NCBI GenBank assembly: GCA_002269645.1
Contig: NIVC01000746.1
Coordinates: 310,001-374,000 of the forward strand
Source of the DNA: Macrostomum lignano
Lineage: Eukaryota
DNA length: 64,000 nucleotides
Reading direction: 5' to 3'
In this document: positions 25,125 to 38,175 of the stretch, piece by piece
Layout of the letters: each line of letters starts with the position of its first letter
How positions within the stretch are numbered: position 1 is the first letter of the stretch
Made by a program: the position numbers and the translations under genes
The notes under the pieces: generated by a model
The model's input: the letters and a program-made list of their open reading frames with translations, nothing else
What the model was told of the DNA's origin: nothing
The model's database searches: none

Positions 25125-25885
25125 GCTTAGCGGGAAGTTTGCTTGCCGAACTTTGCTTGCCGAAGTCTGCTTGCCGAACTTTGCTTGCGGAATTTTGCCT
25201 GCCGAACTTTGCTTGCAGGAAATTTGCTTGCAGGAACTTTGCCTGCCGAAGTTTGCTTGCCGAGCTTTGCTTGCAGGAATTTTGCTTGCCGAACTTTGCT
25301 TGCGAAATTTTTATGTCTGCTTTCTAGAAATTTGCAATCACACAATCGCAAGGTTTTAACTTGCAGAATTATTTTCTTGTTTGCTTGCTTGTTTTGATTG
25401 CTTGTAAAGTTGGTCAGTCAATTATTACTTACTACAGATGCTTTGCAAGTGGATTCTTATCAGGGTCGACGTAAACTGACTTGACACTAAGCTTTCAAAC
25501 TAGGCTTATAGAGTTTCATTCTAAGAATGTAGTATATAGAATGCTTCCACGAATCTTAGAAAATGAAAATTAGAAATACAAGAGCTCAAAAATAGGTTTC
25601 TTTAAGGTCTCGCAAAACTTTGGCTGGCAAACCTCGCAAGAAAATTTCCTGCAAGCAAACTTCGGCAAGCTTATGTGCAGCAAGCAAATTTCCTGCAAGC
25701 AAAATTTGGCAAACAGACTTCGGCAAGCAAAATTCCGCAAGCAAAGTTCGGCAAGCAGACTTCGGCAAGCAAAATTCCGCAAGCAAAATTCGGCAAGCAG
25801 ACTTCGGCAAGCAAATTTCTGCAAGCAAAAGTCCCGCAAGCAAACTTCGGCAAGCAAACTTCTCGCAAGCAAATTTCATAGACCC
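25125..25885. mobile_element. Foldback-like element with inverted arms made of GCTTGC(C/A)G repeats
   Basis: 25130-25310 (ttgcttgccgaact...) is inverted relative to 25615-25875 (...cggcaagcaaa); termini not resolved. Confidence 0.6.
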
Positions 25886-27866
25886 GGCGCGTCGCGATTA
25901 AGTTTGATAAGTTCGAGTCAAGTCAAGTTGCGAATGATTCATTTAATTTTCATTGTCTTGTATTTTGAGTTACGGCTCCATGAGTGGCCACTTATGCAAT
26001 ATTATTTATCAATTCTCCAAAGAATCATTGGGAGAAAGGTCCTACCTATATATTGATTAAGAGTTTTGTTGAGTGCTACAACTTAATATATATGTTATAG
26101 CTAAGCTTATAGGCCTAAAATTTTTATAGCAAGCAAATAACATGACTAAATTGGCTAAATAGCTTCATTGACTAAATAAAAAGCTTAGTCAATGAAAGCT
26201 AAATAAAAGGCAATGGCTTCATGACTAAATAAAATAGCTTCACAAATTGAGTAAACAAAAGAAATACACAAAATGTAGTAGATAATTTTTATCAACCAAA
26301 ATTTATAATTTAAATTGAGAACAATTTATAATTAAAATGTTGTTAAGCTAGATATGCCTATTAGTATTAGAAAATAAAAAAGGCTTATCAAATATTCTGT
26401 TTTAAGGCCAAGGCTTGGGTTTATATACTAAAATTTTATTTTTAATACTCTACACAAAGGCACATTTGATATGGCCTACATGGGCAACAACTTTAACTGG
26501 CTAGCCACATTATCTAGTCAGAGGTCTGCTGCCCTGAGCTATTGCATAAAATGCTATTGCTCAAGCTATAGAGACTACACAGTTGAGGCCAAGGGCAAAT
26601 ATCTTCTCTTTTATCCCCTTTTCCCTTTCTCTTTTCCCTCTCTCTTTTTCTTCTCTTTTCTGCCCTCTTTTCTTTCTTCTCTTCCTCTCCTCCCCTTTTT
26701 TCCCTCTTTTTTCCCTTTCTTATAAATTTTTCTCTATCTCTCTTCCTTCTTTCCCTTTTCTATATTATTTAGGTAACTAAAATAAAAAATTCCTATTCTT
26801 ACCAAGATCTACAAGTGCAATGACCTACTCATCAGTGTATTTCCAAGAAGCATCCTTTGTAATCTAGCCTTCTTTGATAGTGGCAAATGCTGGCAGCTTC
26901 CCTGTTGATTTAATTTATCTTAACTTAAGCTTCCACTATCCTAACCACAACATGCATATGGTGTCAAAATTGTGCTGTTTGAGTTAGAGTCTGACCAAGA
27001 TCTTAATCTCAATCCCAAAATTTTAAGACTTGGCCTTTTTATGAGTAAGTAATTTTGAGACATTCTCAACATTTGGAAGAATTTGAGAATAGTCAAGCAA
27101 GATTGAATTTAATATAGAAAGTATAAAAATATTGTAAAGCATAAAATGAAAAAAACAAGTAATGCATTATCTAAATTAATACATAATAAGCACTTTTTGT
27201 TTCCTAGCTTTTTTAATTAAAATGTATTACCATTACATTTCTATGAAACAGATTCAAATAAAAGTTTCACTGGCAATTTTCAAACGGAAAATACTATCCT
27301 TTATATTTTGTGTTTTGCAAAAAAGTTCTAACATATAGCACAAGCAAACTTCTTTATATGATTGGTTCTAGTGCATAGTGCAATCAAACTTTTTTGATAG
27401 GATTTTTTCCAATGCAGGCAAGCTGTGATCCTGGCTATGGCTCACCCATTAGGCCATTACCAATCTTCAACCTATTTATGTACCTTACAGTGGCATATAG
27501 TAGCATAGCCATAGCTAGTGGGTTATTAGTATAATGAACTTCTGCATATTGTGGCATATATATTTTATTATGAAGTCACTTTTTTAGGCATTTTTGTATT
27601 ATGCTACTCTTAGTCCCACCTGCACCTACCTTTATTAACATACCTAACCTAGGTGCCTGGGTGCCAGAGACCCAGACCTTCAACAGATGTTTTTCCTTTT
27701 ACATTATTCCAGAAAATTATATCTTTTAGATAAATGTTAAATAATATGTCTTAAATATAATAAAATTTGGTCAAATAGACAGTTAAAAGTTTTGTAAAAG
27801 TGAATAGTTTCTATTTAACAATACCTGCTCTTATGCTGACACTTGCAGCCCAGTCACAAATAAAGC

Positions 27867-29107
27867 ATGCAGCCAGATGACCAGTTCGACTATCAGTTCA
27901 AGCTGGTCATTGTTGGCGACACCAGCGTTGGCAAATCCTGCATTGTCCAGTGCTTCAAAACTGGCAACTATTGCGAGACCCAGGCCAACACAATTGGGGT
28001 GGACTTCGCTATGAAGACTCTGCTGATTGATGGAGTTCGCGTCAAGCTGCAGATCTGGGACACGGCCGGTCAGGAAAGGTTTCGAACGATCACTCAGTCC
28101 TATTATCGATCGGCCAGCGCTGCTATCATAGCCTACGATATTACTAGGCGGGTCAGTGATTACTTATAATATATAATCTTCCTGAAAGTTAGTAACCTGG
28201 AACTTTATTAGCAATTCAGAATCACCTTCCAACTTGTTGAACTACTCAGAGTGATCTACTAAAAATTTGAGTAATGTCATAATCTTTTTCCGACAGAGTT
28301 TAGTCATTGAAAGTTACCTTCTTTTTGTGGTTCAACGAGTTTGACTTATAGGCACTTAAATTTATGAATTTTAGTTATTCAGAATTATCTTCCAAGGGTT
28401 TGAGTCACTCAAAATAGTTTTCAAAATCAAATGCTAAGTTTTGAGTCATACAAAATCATTTTAAAGGATTTGAGTCATTCAGTATCAGTTTCCAAAGATT
28501 TTAGTCATTCCGAATCATTTTTCCAAGGATTTGAGTCATTCATAATCATCTTCCAAGGATTTGAGTCATTCATAATCATCTTCCAAGGATTTGAGTCATT
28601 CAGAATCATCTTCCAAGGATTTGAGTCATTCAGAATCATCTTCCAAGGATTTGAGTCATTCAGAATCATCTTCCAAGGATTTGAGTCATTCAGAATCCTA
28701 CGGTTTCGATGTGGTAAGACTACTGTATAATAAATGACACAATATCCAAATCACAGGAGACATTCGACTCTCTGCACCACTGGGTAGAGGACCTGAATCG
28801 GTACGCTGGTTCTCAAGCCATTCACCTGCTCATTGGCTGCAAGTGCGATCTGGAGTCTCAGCGCCAGGTGTCAGCTATTGAAGGCCGCGAATTTGCCAAC
28901 AGGCTAGCAATGCTGGCCCACCTGGAGACCTCCGCTAAAGACAACTGCAATGTTGACCGCCTGTTCCACACTGTGGCCGAGGAGCTGCTTAAAAGGATTC
29001 GCTTGTCACCGCCGGCACTTGCAGCTGACAATGACCGCCTGACTGGTCACAGGTTGTCACTGGGTGGCAACCGGCGGTCGCTTTCTAACTGTTGCTCTTC
29101 GTCTTGA
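27867..29107 (+). CDS. RAB43: Rab GTPase, Rab43/Rab19 subfamily; 2 exons, 211 aa
   Basis: Exons 27867-28151 and 28757-29107. [39 protein letters not shown] and a C-terminal CCSSS prenylation motif. FKLVIVGD...FKTG and [12 protein letters not shown] resemble Rab43. Confidence 0.9.
28490..28700. repeat. 30-bp minisatellite in the Rab intron
   Basis: ttccaaggatttgagtcattcagaatcatc units. Confidence 0.9.
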
Positions 29108-29128
29108 ACCGACTCTGTCTGTTACAGC

Positions 29129-29540
29129 CACAGATACTAGAATAACTAGATGGGTCACTCAGCACATTTGCGTGTAAGCTACTTTCAGTTCAGTAGTTAG
29201 TTAAACTGAAACATTTTAATGTATTTTTCAAGACAAGCTAATTTTACTGGCTCTTACCCCAGCTTAACTACCCCCCGCTCCAATTTTTATTGCCGTTCTC
29301 GGAATTCCAGCCTACAGCTGCCATGTACATTTCAGTGGACTGGCTAATGTACATTATGGCTGAACCAATTAGCAAGTTGTTTACGCCTGCAAGCTTGGCT
29401 TCTAAACTTATCAAAGTCATTTAAGCCGCGTTTTTATATAATAGCTTATGTATTCTTCTTTGCTACTGAACTGAAAGTAGAGAGCTGTTTTACTAAGTAT
29501 ATGTGCCTGAGTGGCCCATCTAGTTGGTCTAGAATCTGTG
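29129..29540 (+). mobile_element. CACAGAT-TIR MITE with 8-bp TSD, 21 nt after the Rab stop
   Basis: TIRs at both ends; TSD GTTACAGC at 29121-29128 and 29541-29548; collinear with 23345-23781. Confidence 0.9.
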
Positions 29541-29699
29541 GTTACAGCTGAATCCCAATTTGCTGACTCGAGATTCAGTGAGTCGGAATGCACCCCTCCA
29601 ATTCCAGACCCGTGCTGTCTCTGTCCACTCTCTCAGCTGACTGACTTTTGACAGACGGACAGACATTAATACAGACAATACAGACACATTAACAGAAGC

Positions 29700-29748
29700 A
29701 ATACAGACTGACAGACAGACACACATACACAGACACACAGAGGCAGGC

Positions 29749-29813
<65 letters not shown>

Positions 29814-30162
29814 CACAGAGGCAGGCAGACAGACAGACAGACACACAGACAGACAGACAGACACACAGACAGACAGACAGACACACAGACAGACAGACAG
29901 ACAGACACACAGACAGACAGACACACAGACAGACAGACAGACACACAGACAGACAGACACACAGACAGACACACAGACAGACAGACAGACAGACAGACAC
30001 ACAGAGGCAGGCAGACAGACAGACAGACACACAGACAGACAGACAGACACACAGACAGACAGACAGACAGACACACAGACAGACAGACAGACAGACACAC
30101 AGACAGACAGACACACAGACAGACAGACAGACACAGAGACAGACAGACAGACAGACAGACAG
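29700..30162. repeat. (GACA)n/(CA)n microsatellite
   Basis: Direct observation. Confidence 0.97.
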
Positions 30163-30834
30163 TTGCCAAACCAAAAGAGTTTATTTTTGAGTCTCTCCCT
30201 TTGAGTTTTGAGTTTCATTCGAGAGTACTTTATAAGTATTTTGTGAATCAATCAATTGTAGTTTGTAATTTTCCATAAGTCATTTGTACATTTAATTGGA
30301 TGGCTTTAATGTAATTCATAACAACACAAGATCGACGATCAGTTTTTATATTTTTAACGAATTGGTTTTACTGCATCTGCGAGTTGTATGCTCATCGCCA
30401 CCAGCTCACTACTTATAGTAGGCAGTAGTTTTACAATTAGTCTATTGTTTTTTCACTGTAAGTTCTGATTTTTTCCTGATGCTTACTATTAGAATTCATG
30501 CACAGTTAGAGCTGTTGTCCTTTTTACTACTATTTCAAGGTTGTCAGTGGTATATATAGCACCCATATTTTTGCTATACGTTTTTGCTTACTTTTGCGCC
30601 AAATAATTAAGTATACGTCTCTGCTTTTCCTTTTTTGAAACCCAATTTGCTCAAAATTTTCCCTTTAATAATAATTTTGTAATGGATTTTCAACTTGTAA
30701 TTTCTATAGACTTATGTAGTTTTTTGTTTTATTTAATAATTGTTATTCGTATTTAAAATTCTAAATTCTGATGCTAGTGGCTCTGTGAAATACAGAATTA
30801 AATGGTAAATTAGCCTGAGTGTAGTTGTTAAAGT

Positions 30835-32372
30835 GGATTGCTAGTATAGCCAGTACAAGGAATAGTATGGATTGCTAGTATAGCCAGTACAAGGAATAGT
30901 ATGGATTGCTAGTATAGCCAGTACAAGGAATAGAATGGATTGCTAGTATAGCCAGTATAAGGAATAGAATGGATTGCTAGTATAGCCAGTACAAGGAATA
31001 GAATGGATTGCTAGTATAGCCAGTATAAGGAATAGAATGGATTGCTAGTATAGTCAGCATAATGAATAGAATGGATTGCTAGTATAGCCAGCATAATGAA
31101 TAGAATGGATTGCTAGTATAGCCAGCATAAGGAATAGAATGGATTGCTAGTATAGTCAGCATAATGAATAGAATGGATTGCTAGTATAGCCAGCATAAGG
31201 AATAGAATGGATTGCTAGTATAGCCAGCATAAGGAATAGAATGGATTGCTAGTATAGTCAGCATAATGAATAGAATGGATTGCTAGTATAGCCAGTACAA
31301 GGAATAGAATGGATTGCTAGTATAGCCAGTATAAGGAATAGAATGGATTGCTAGTATAGCCAGTATAAGGAATAGAATGGATTGCTAGTATAGTCAGCAT
31401 AATGAATAGAATGGATTGCTAGTATAGCCAGCATAAGGAATAGAATGGATTGCTAGTATAGCCAGCATAAGGAATAGAATGGATTGCTAGTATAGTCAGC
31501 ATAATGAATAGAATGGATTGCTAGTATAGCCAGTACAAGGAATAGAATGGATTGCTAGTATAGCCAGTATAAGGAATAGAATGGATTGCTAGTATAGCCA
31601 GTACAAGGAATAGAATGGATTGCTAGTATAGCCAGTACAAGGAATAGAATGGATTGCTAGTATAGCCAGTATAAGGAATAGAATGGATTGCTAGTATAGT
31701 CAGCATAATGAATAGAATGGATTGCTAGTATAGCCAGCATAATGAATAGAATGGATTGCTAGTATAGCCAGCATAAGGAATAGAATGGATTGCTAGTATT
31801 GCCTGCATAATGAATAGAATGGATTGCTAGTATAGCCAGCATAATGAAAAGAATGGATTGCTCGTATTGCCTGCATAATGATTAGAATGGATTGCTAGTA
31901 TAGTCAGCATAATGAATAGAATGGATTGCTAGTATAGGCAGCATAATGAATAGTATGGATTGCTAGTATAGCCAGCATAAGGAATAGTATGGATTGCTAG
32001 TATAGCCAGCATAATGAATAGTATGGATTGCTAGTATAGTCAGCATAATGAATAGTATGGATTGCTAGTATAGCCAGCATAATGAATAGTATGGATTGCT
32101 AGTATAGTCAGCATAAGGAATAGAATGGATTGCTAGTATAGCCAGCATAATGAATAGTATGGATTGCTAGTATAGCCAGCATAATGAATAGTATGGATTG
32201 CTAGTATAGCCAGCATAATGAATAGTATGGATTGCTAGTATAGCCAGCATAATGAATAGTATGGATTGCTAGTATAGTCAGTATAAGGAATAGAATGGAT
32301 TGCTAGTATAGTCAGCATAATGAATAGTATGGATTGCTAGTATAGCCAGCATAATGAATAGTATGGATTGCT
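30835..32372. repeat. 34-bp minisatellite upstream of UGDH
   Basis: atggattgctagtatagccagcataaggaataga units, ending ~40 nt before the UGDH ATG. Confidence 0.95.
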
Positions 32373-32410
32373 AATCCAGCCAGCGCGTTAATCCGCAGCG
32401 GGCGGCCGGC

Positions 32411-35400
32411 ATGTCAACGTCAGGTGACGCGCAGGCCACGCGGCCCCCGCATCAGCCAATCCGGCGCATCTGCTGCATCGGCGCTGGCTATGTCGGCGTG
32501 CCGTCCAGCGCAGTGATCGCTAGCAAGTGCCCGGACATTGACGTCACCGTGGTGGACATCTCGGCCGCTAAAGTGGCCGCCTGGAACTCGGACAGGCACC
32601 CGCTGTACGAGCCAGGCTTGTCCGAACTGATTAGCCAGACCAGGGGCGTCAATTTGCACTTCAGCTGCGACATGATTGGCCCGCTGGAGGGCGCCGATCT
32701 CGTGTTCATCTGCGTCAACACCCCCACCAAAGCCTATGGACTGGGCCAGGGCAAGGCGGCTGACTTGACCACGCTTGAGGCTGCGGCCAGGTGTGCCTTT
32801 GATTAGTTGGCTTTGCTTTCACGAAATTATCTTTCATAGTTCTGATTAACTGAAGACTTTCTAAGAGTTCCAGAATCCCGTTTCACCCTTATCTATTTCC
32901 TAGAATCCTGTTTCACCCTTATCTATTTCCTAGAATCCTGTTTCACCCTTATCTATTTCATACATGCGCAACTTTGGGAATCACCCGGCCGTTTCTATTG
33001 GCAACACACACATGTAAGTCGCTATTGGCTGAGAGCAGTCACGTGACTACTATTCCGTCCAATAGCGACTTACATGTGTATGTTGCCAATAGAAACGGCC
33101 GAGTGAATCCCAAGGTTGCGCCCAAGCATGATCTATTTCCTAGAATCCCGTTTCACCCTTATCTATTTCCTAGAATCCCGTTTCACCCTTATCTATTTCC
33201 TAGAATCCCGTTTCACCCTTATCTATTTCCTAGAATCCCGTTTCACCCTTATCTATTTCCTAGAACCCCGTTTCACCCTTGTCTATTTCCCGGAATCCCG
33301 TTTCACCCTTATCTATTTCCTAGAATCCCATTTCACCCTTATCTATTTCCTAGAATCCCATTTCACCCTTGTCTATTTCCCGGAATCCCGTTTCACCCTT
33401 ATCTATTTCCTAGAATCCCATTTCACCCTTATCTATTTCCTAGAATCCCGTTTCACCCTTGTCTATTTCCCGGAATCCCGTTTCACCCTTATCTATTTCC
33501 TAGAATCCCATTTCACCCTTATCTATTTCCTAGAATCCCGTTTCACCCTTATCTATTTCCTAGAATCCCGTTTCACCCTTATCTATTTCCTAGAACCCCG
33601 TTTCACCCTTGTCTATTTCCCGGAATCCCGTTTCACCCTTATCTATTTCCTAGAATCCCGTTTCACCCTTGTCTATTTCCCGGAATCCCGTTTCACCCTT
33701 ATCTATTTCCTAGAATCCCGTTTCACCCTTGTCTATTTCCCGGAATCCCGTTTCACCCTTATCTATTTCCTAGAATCCCATTTCACCCTTATCTATTTCC
33801 TAGAATCCCGTTTCACCCTTATCTATTTCCTAGAATCCCGTTTCACCCTTATCTATTTCCTAGAACCCCGTTTCACCCTTGTCTATTTCCCGGAATCCCG
33901 TTTCACCCTTATCTATTTCCTAGAATCCCGTTTCACCCTTGTCTATTTCCCGGAATCCCGTTTCACCCTTATCTATTTCCTAGAATCTCGCTTTACCCTA
34001 ATCTATTTCCTGGAATCCTGCTCTCACCCTAAACTATTTCCTGGAATCCTGCTCTCACCCTAAACTATTTCCTGGAATCCTGCTCTCACCCTAAACTATT
34101 TCCTGGAATCCTGCTTTCACCCTTATCTATTTCCTAGAACCCCGTTTCACCCTTGTCTATTTCCCGGAATCCCGTTTCACCCTTATCTATTTCCTAGAAT
34201 CCCGTTTCACCCTTATCTATTTCCTAGAATCCCGTTTCATCCTTATCTATTTCCTAGAATCCCGTTTCATCCTTATCTATTTCCTAGAATCCCGTTTCAT
34301 CCTAATCTACGATGTCGTATTTCCTGGAATCGCGCTTCACCCAAATTTGTTTCCTAGAATCTCGTTTCACCCTAATCTATTTCCTGGAATTCTTCTTCCA
34401 CCCTAATATATTTCCTGGAAACCTGCTTTCACCCATATCTATTTCCTGGAATCCTGCTTTCACCCTAATCTATTTCCTGGAATCCTGCTTTCACTCGAAT
34501 TTATTTCCTGGAATCCTGCTTTTACCCTAATCTATTTCTTAGAATTGTGCTTTGCCCTAATCTATTTCCTGAGATTGTGTTAGTTCTCAAAACATAGCTA
34601 CTCAAAATCATCAGCTTCTCATCCACCCCCTCGCCGGTCCGCAGGCACATTGTTCGCACGGCCAGCCAGCCCAAGATTGTAGTTGAGAAAAGCACCGTGC
34701 CAGTTCGAGCTGCCGAGAGCATCTGCACAATCCTGCGAGCCAACGAACGGCCAGGCGTTCGTCACACTGTGCTGTCCAATCCTGAGTTCCTGGCCGAGGG
34801 CTCCGCTGTGCAGGATCTGCTCAGGCCTGATCGGGTTCTGATTGGCGGCGAGAGAACAGATAAAGGTCAAGAAGCGGTGCAGAGGCTTGTCTCGGTAAGA
34901 AATAGTCTTTATAAATAAGAATGGAGTCGTCTATAAAGTTATTTTCACAGTTTCATGTGCTAACTGTCCACTATTGAGGAACATTGTATGCAGTTTCATG
35001 TGCTAACTGTCCACTATTGAGGAACATTGTATGCAGTTTCGTGTGCTACTGTCCACTATTGAGGAACATTGTATGCAGTTTCATGTGCTAACTGTCCACT
35101 ATTGAGGAACATTGTATGCAGTTTCGTGTGCTACTGTCATCCACCATTGAGGGACACTGTATGCAGTTTCGTGTGCTACTGTCATCCACCATTGAGGGAC
35201 ACTGTATGCTGTTTCGTGTGCTACTGTCATCCACCATTGAGGGACACTGTATGCTGTTTCGTGTGCTACTGTCATCCACCATTGAGGGACACTGTATGCT
35301 GTTTCGTGTGCTACTGTCATCCACCATTGAGGGACACTGTATGCAGTTTCGTGTGCTACTGTCATCCACCATTGAGGGACACTGTATGCAGTTTCGTGTG

Positions 35401-37210
35401 TTACTGTCATCCACCATTGAGGGACACTGTATGCAGTTTCGTGTGTTACTGTCATCCACCATTGAGGGACACTGTATGCAGTTTCGTGTGTTACTGTCAT
35501 CCACCATTGAGGGACACTGTATGGAGTTTCGTGTGCTACTGTCATCCACCATTGAGGGACACTGTATGCTGTTTCGTGTGCTACTGTCATCCACCATTGA
35601 GGGACACTGTATGCTGTTTCGTGTGCTACTGTCCACCCAGGTGTACGCTCGCTGGGTACCTAAAGAGCGCCTGGTAACAATGAACCTGTGGAGCTCCGAG
35701 CTGTCCAAGCTGGTTGCCAACGCCATGCTGGCCCAGCGCATCAGCAGCATCAATGCGGCCTCTGCAATCTGCGAGGCCACGGGAGCCGACGTGTCCGAGG
35801 TGGCCCAAGCGGTTGGCGCGGACTCGCGTATCGGGCCGAGGTTCCTCTGCGCCAGTCTGGGCTTCGGCGGCAGCTGCTTTCAAAAAGACGTGCTCAACTT
35901 GGTGTACCTGTGCGAGTGCCTCAACCTGCCGGAGGTGGCCAGGTACTGGGAATCCGTGGTGACGCTCAACCAGTACCAGAAGTACCGATTCGCCGACAAG
36001 ATTATTGTCGACCTGTTCAACACGGTAAAAGGCAAGAGGATCGCCGTGCTTGGCTTCGCATTCAAGAAGGACACCGGCGATACCAGGGAATCTCCTGCTA
36101 TTGACGTCTGCAGGAGGCTGATTGATGAGGGCGCCCTGCTCAGGGTCTACGATCCCAAGGTTTGTTGGCGTGGATCGCTGTTGATCTAGGTGCTGACTTT
36201 TCTATTGTCCTCTCGACCCCTTCCATCTCTAGGATCCGCCCCCATCAATCCACTTCCTTTTACTATCCACCGACAATCGGCTCCCATCCGAAACCCACCC
36301 CCTCCCCACAATCTGCTCCCCTCCATGACCCCTCAAAAATCTGCTCCCATCCATGACCCCTCAACAATCTGCTCCCATCCATGACCCCTCAACAATCTGC
36401 TCCCATCCATGACCCCTCAAAAATCTGCTCCCCTCCATGACCCGCCCCCCCCCACAATCTGCTCCCCTCCATGACCCGCCCCCCACAATCTGCTCCCCTC
36501 CATGACCCCTCAAAAATCTGCTCCCATCCATGACCCCTCAACAATCTGCTCCCATCCATGACCCCTCAACAATCTGCTCCCATCCATGACCCCTCAACAA
36601 TCTGCTCCCATCCATGACCCCTCAAAAATCTGCTCCCCTCCATGACCCGCCCCCCCCCACAATCTGCTCCCCTCCATGACCCGCCCCCACAATCTGCTCC
36701 CCTCCATGAACCCTCAACAATCTGCTCCCCTCCATGAACCCTCAACAATCTGCTCCCCTCCATGAACCCTCAACAATCTGCTCCCCTCCATGAACCCTCA
36801 ACAATCTGCTCTCCTCCATGACCCGCCCCCCCACACCACAATCAGCTCCCCTCCAAGACCCCCCCCCACAATCTGCTCTCCTCCATGAGCCCCCCCCCGC
36901 AATCTATTCAAAGGTGGCGAGCTCCCAGATTCGATTAGACCTGAACCAGCCCGAGCCGGATGAGGCATCTGATGCAGCTGTGCTAACAGTGTGCTCAGAC
37001 GCCTACTCAGCTGCCGAGGGCGCTCACGCTGTTGTCATCTGCACCGAATGGTCGGAATTCTCCCAGCTGGACTTTGGCCGCATCTTTGCCAGCATGGCAA
37101 AGCCGGCATTCGTGTTCGACGGGCGCAACGTGCTGGACCACGAGGCCCTGCTGCGGATCGGCTTCCGGGTGCGCGCCGTTGGCAAGCGGCTGGACTGCGG
37201 CGGGGTTTAA
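32411..37210 (+). CDS. UGDH: UDP-glucose 6-dehydrogenase; 4 exons, 481 aa
   Basis: Exons 32411-32790, 34645-34894, 35641-36159, 36914-37210 (1446 nt, in frame). [35 protein letters not shown], catalytic [31 protein letters not shown]. Confidence 0.97.
32872..34560. repeat. 30-bp minisatellite in UGDH intron 1
   Basis: ctatttcctagaatcccgtttcacccttat units. Confidence 0.95.
32959..33130. mobile_element. Hairpin MITE (CATACATGCGCAAC family) inserted in the minisatellite
   Basis: 172-bp element that is nearly palindromic; CAT...ATG ends; 8-bp duplication ATCTATTT at 32951-32958 and 33131-33138. Confidence 0.8.
34945..35635. repeat. 45-bp minisatellite in UGDH intron 2
   Basis: atgcagtttcgtgtgctactgtcatccaccattgagggacactgt units running into the 3' splice site. 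Confidence 0.95.
36300..36900. repeat. ~28-bp C-rich minisatellite in UGDH intron 3
   Basis: aatctgctcccatccatgacccctcaac units. Confidence 0.9.
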
Positions 37211-37414
37211 ACTCTGATCATCTGGGGCTGGCCCATTCAGGTGTTTCCGTTATTTTACTCATCATATGTTAGTAAGCAGGTTGAGAAGACTGCCTTTTAC
37301 TATTAAATGTTTTTGTCTCTCTATATTTAGATTGGTCCTAGATTTTTCAATAGTCATTTCAATCAATTTCAAATAATCGATTGAAATGACAATCTTTGAA
37401 AATCGTCTATCAGG

Positions 37415-38175
37415 TCTTGAGAATCGCCCATCAGGTCATGAGAATCGCCCATCAAATCTTGAGAATCGCCCATCAAATCTTGAGAATCGCCATTAAATCT
37501 TAGAATTGCTTAACGAATCTTGAGAATCGCTTAACGAATCTTGAGAATCGCTTAACGAATCTTGAGAATCGCCCATCAAATCTTGAGAATCGCCTATCAA
37601 ATCTTGAGAATCCTTTATCAATTCTTGAGAATCGCCCATCAAATCTTGAGAATCGCCCATCAAATCTTGAGAATCGCCCATCAAATCTTGAGAATCCTTT
37701 ATCAATTCTTGAGAATCGCCCATCAAATCTTGAGAATCGCCCATCAAATCTTGAGAATCGCCCATCAAATCTTGAGAATCGCCCATCAAATCTTGAGAAT
37801 CGCCCATCAAATCTTGAGAATCGCCCATCAAATCTTGAGAATCGCCCATCAAATCTTGAGAATCGCCTATCAAATCTTGAGAATCCTTTATCAATTCTTG
37901 AGAATCGCCCATTAAATCTTGAGAATCGCCCATCAAATCTTGAGAATCGCCCATCAAATCTTGAGAATCGCCCATCAAATCTTGAGAATCGCCCATCAAA
38001 TCTTGAGAATCCTTTATCAATTCTTGAGAATCGCCCATCAAATCTTGAGAATCGCCCATCAAATCTTGAGAATCGCCCATCAATTCTTGAGAATCGCCTA
38101 TCAAATCTTGAGAATCGCCCATCAAATCTTGAGAATCGCCCATCAAATCTTGAGAATCGCCTATCAAATCTTAAG
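37415..38175. repeat. 21-bp minisatellite
   Basis: ttgagaatcgcccatcaaatc units. Confidence 0.95.

Noticed and set aside
29529-30251. Long ORFs (240, 167, 161 aa) of CLSV repeats
   Set aside because: Translation of a (GACA)n microsatellite.
32974-34063. 352- and 315-aa ORFs
   Set aside because: 30-bp minisatellite inside UGDH intron 1.
35069-35640. Repeat ORF in frame with UGDH exon 3
   Set aside because: 45-bp satellite. The spliced UGDH is complete without it, and the 746-bp intron is not a multiple of 3.
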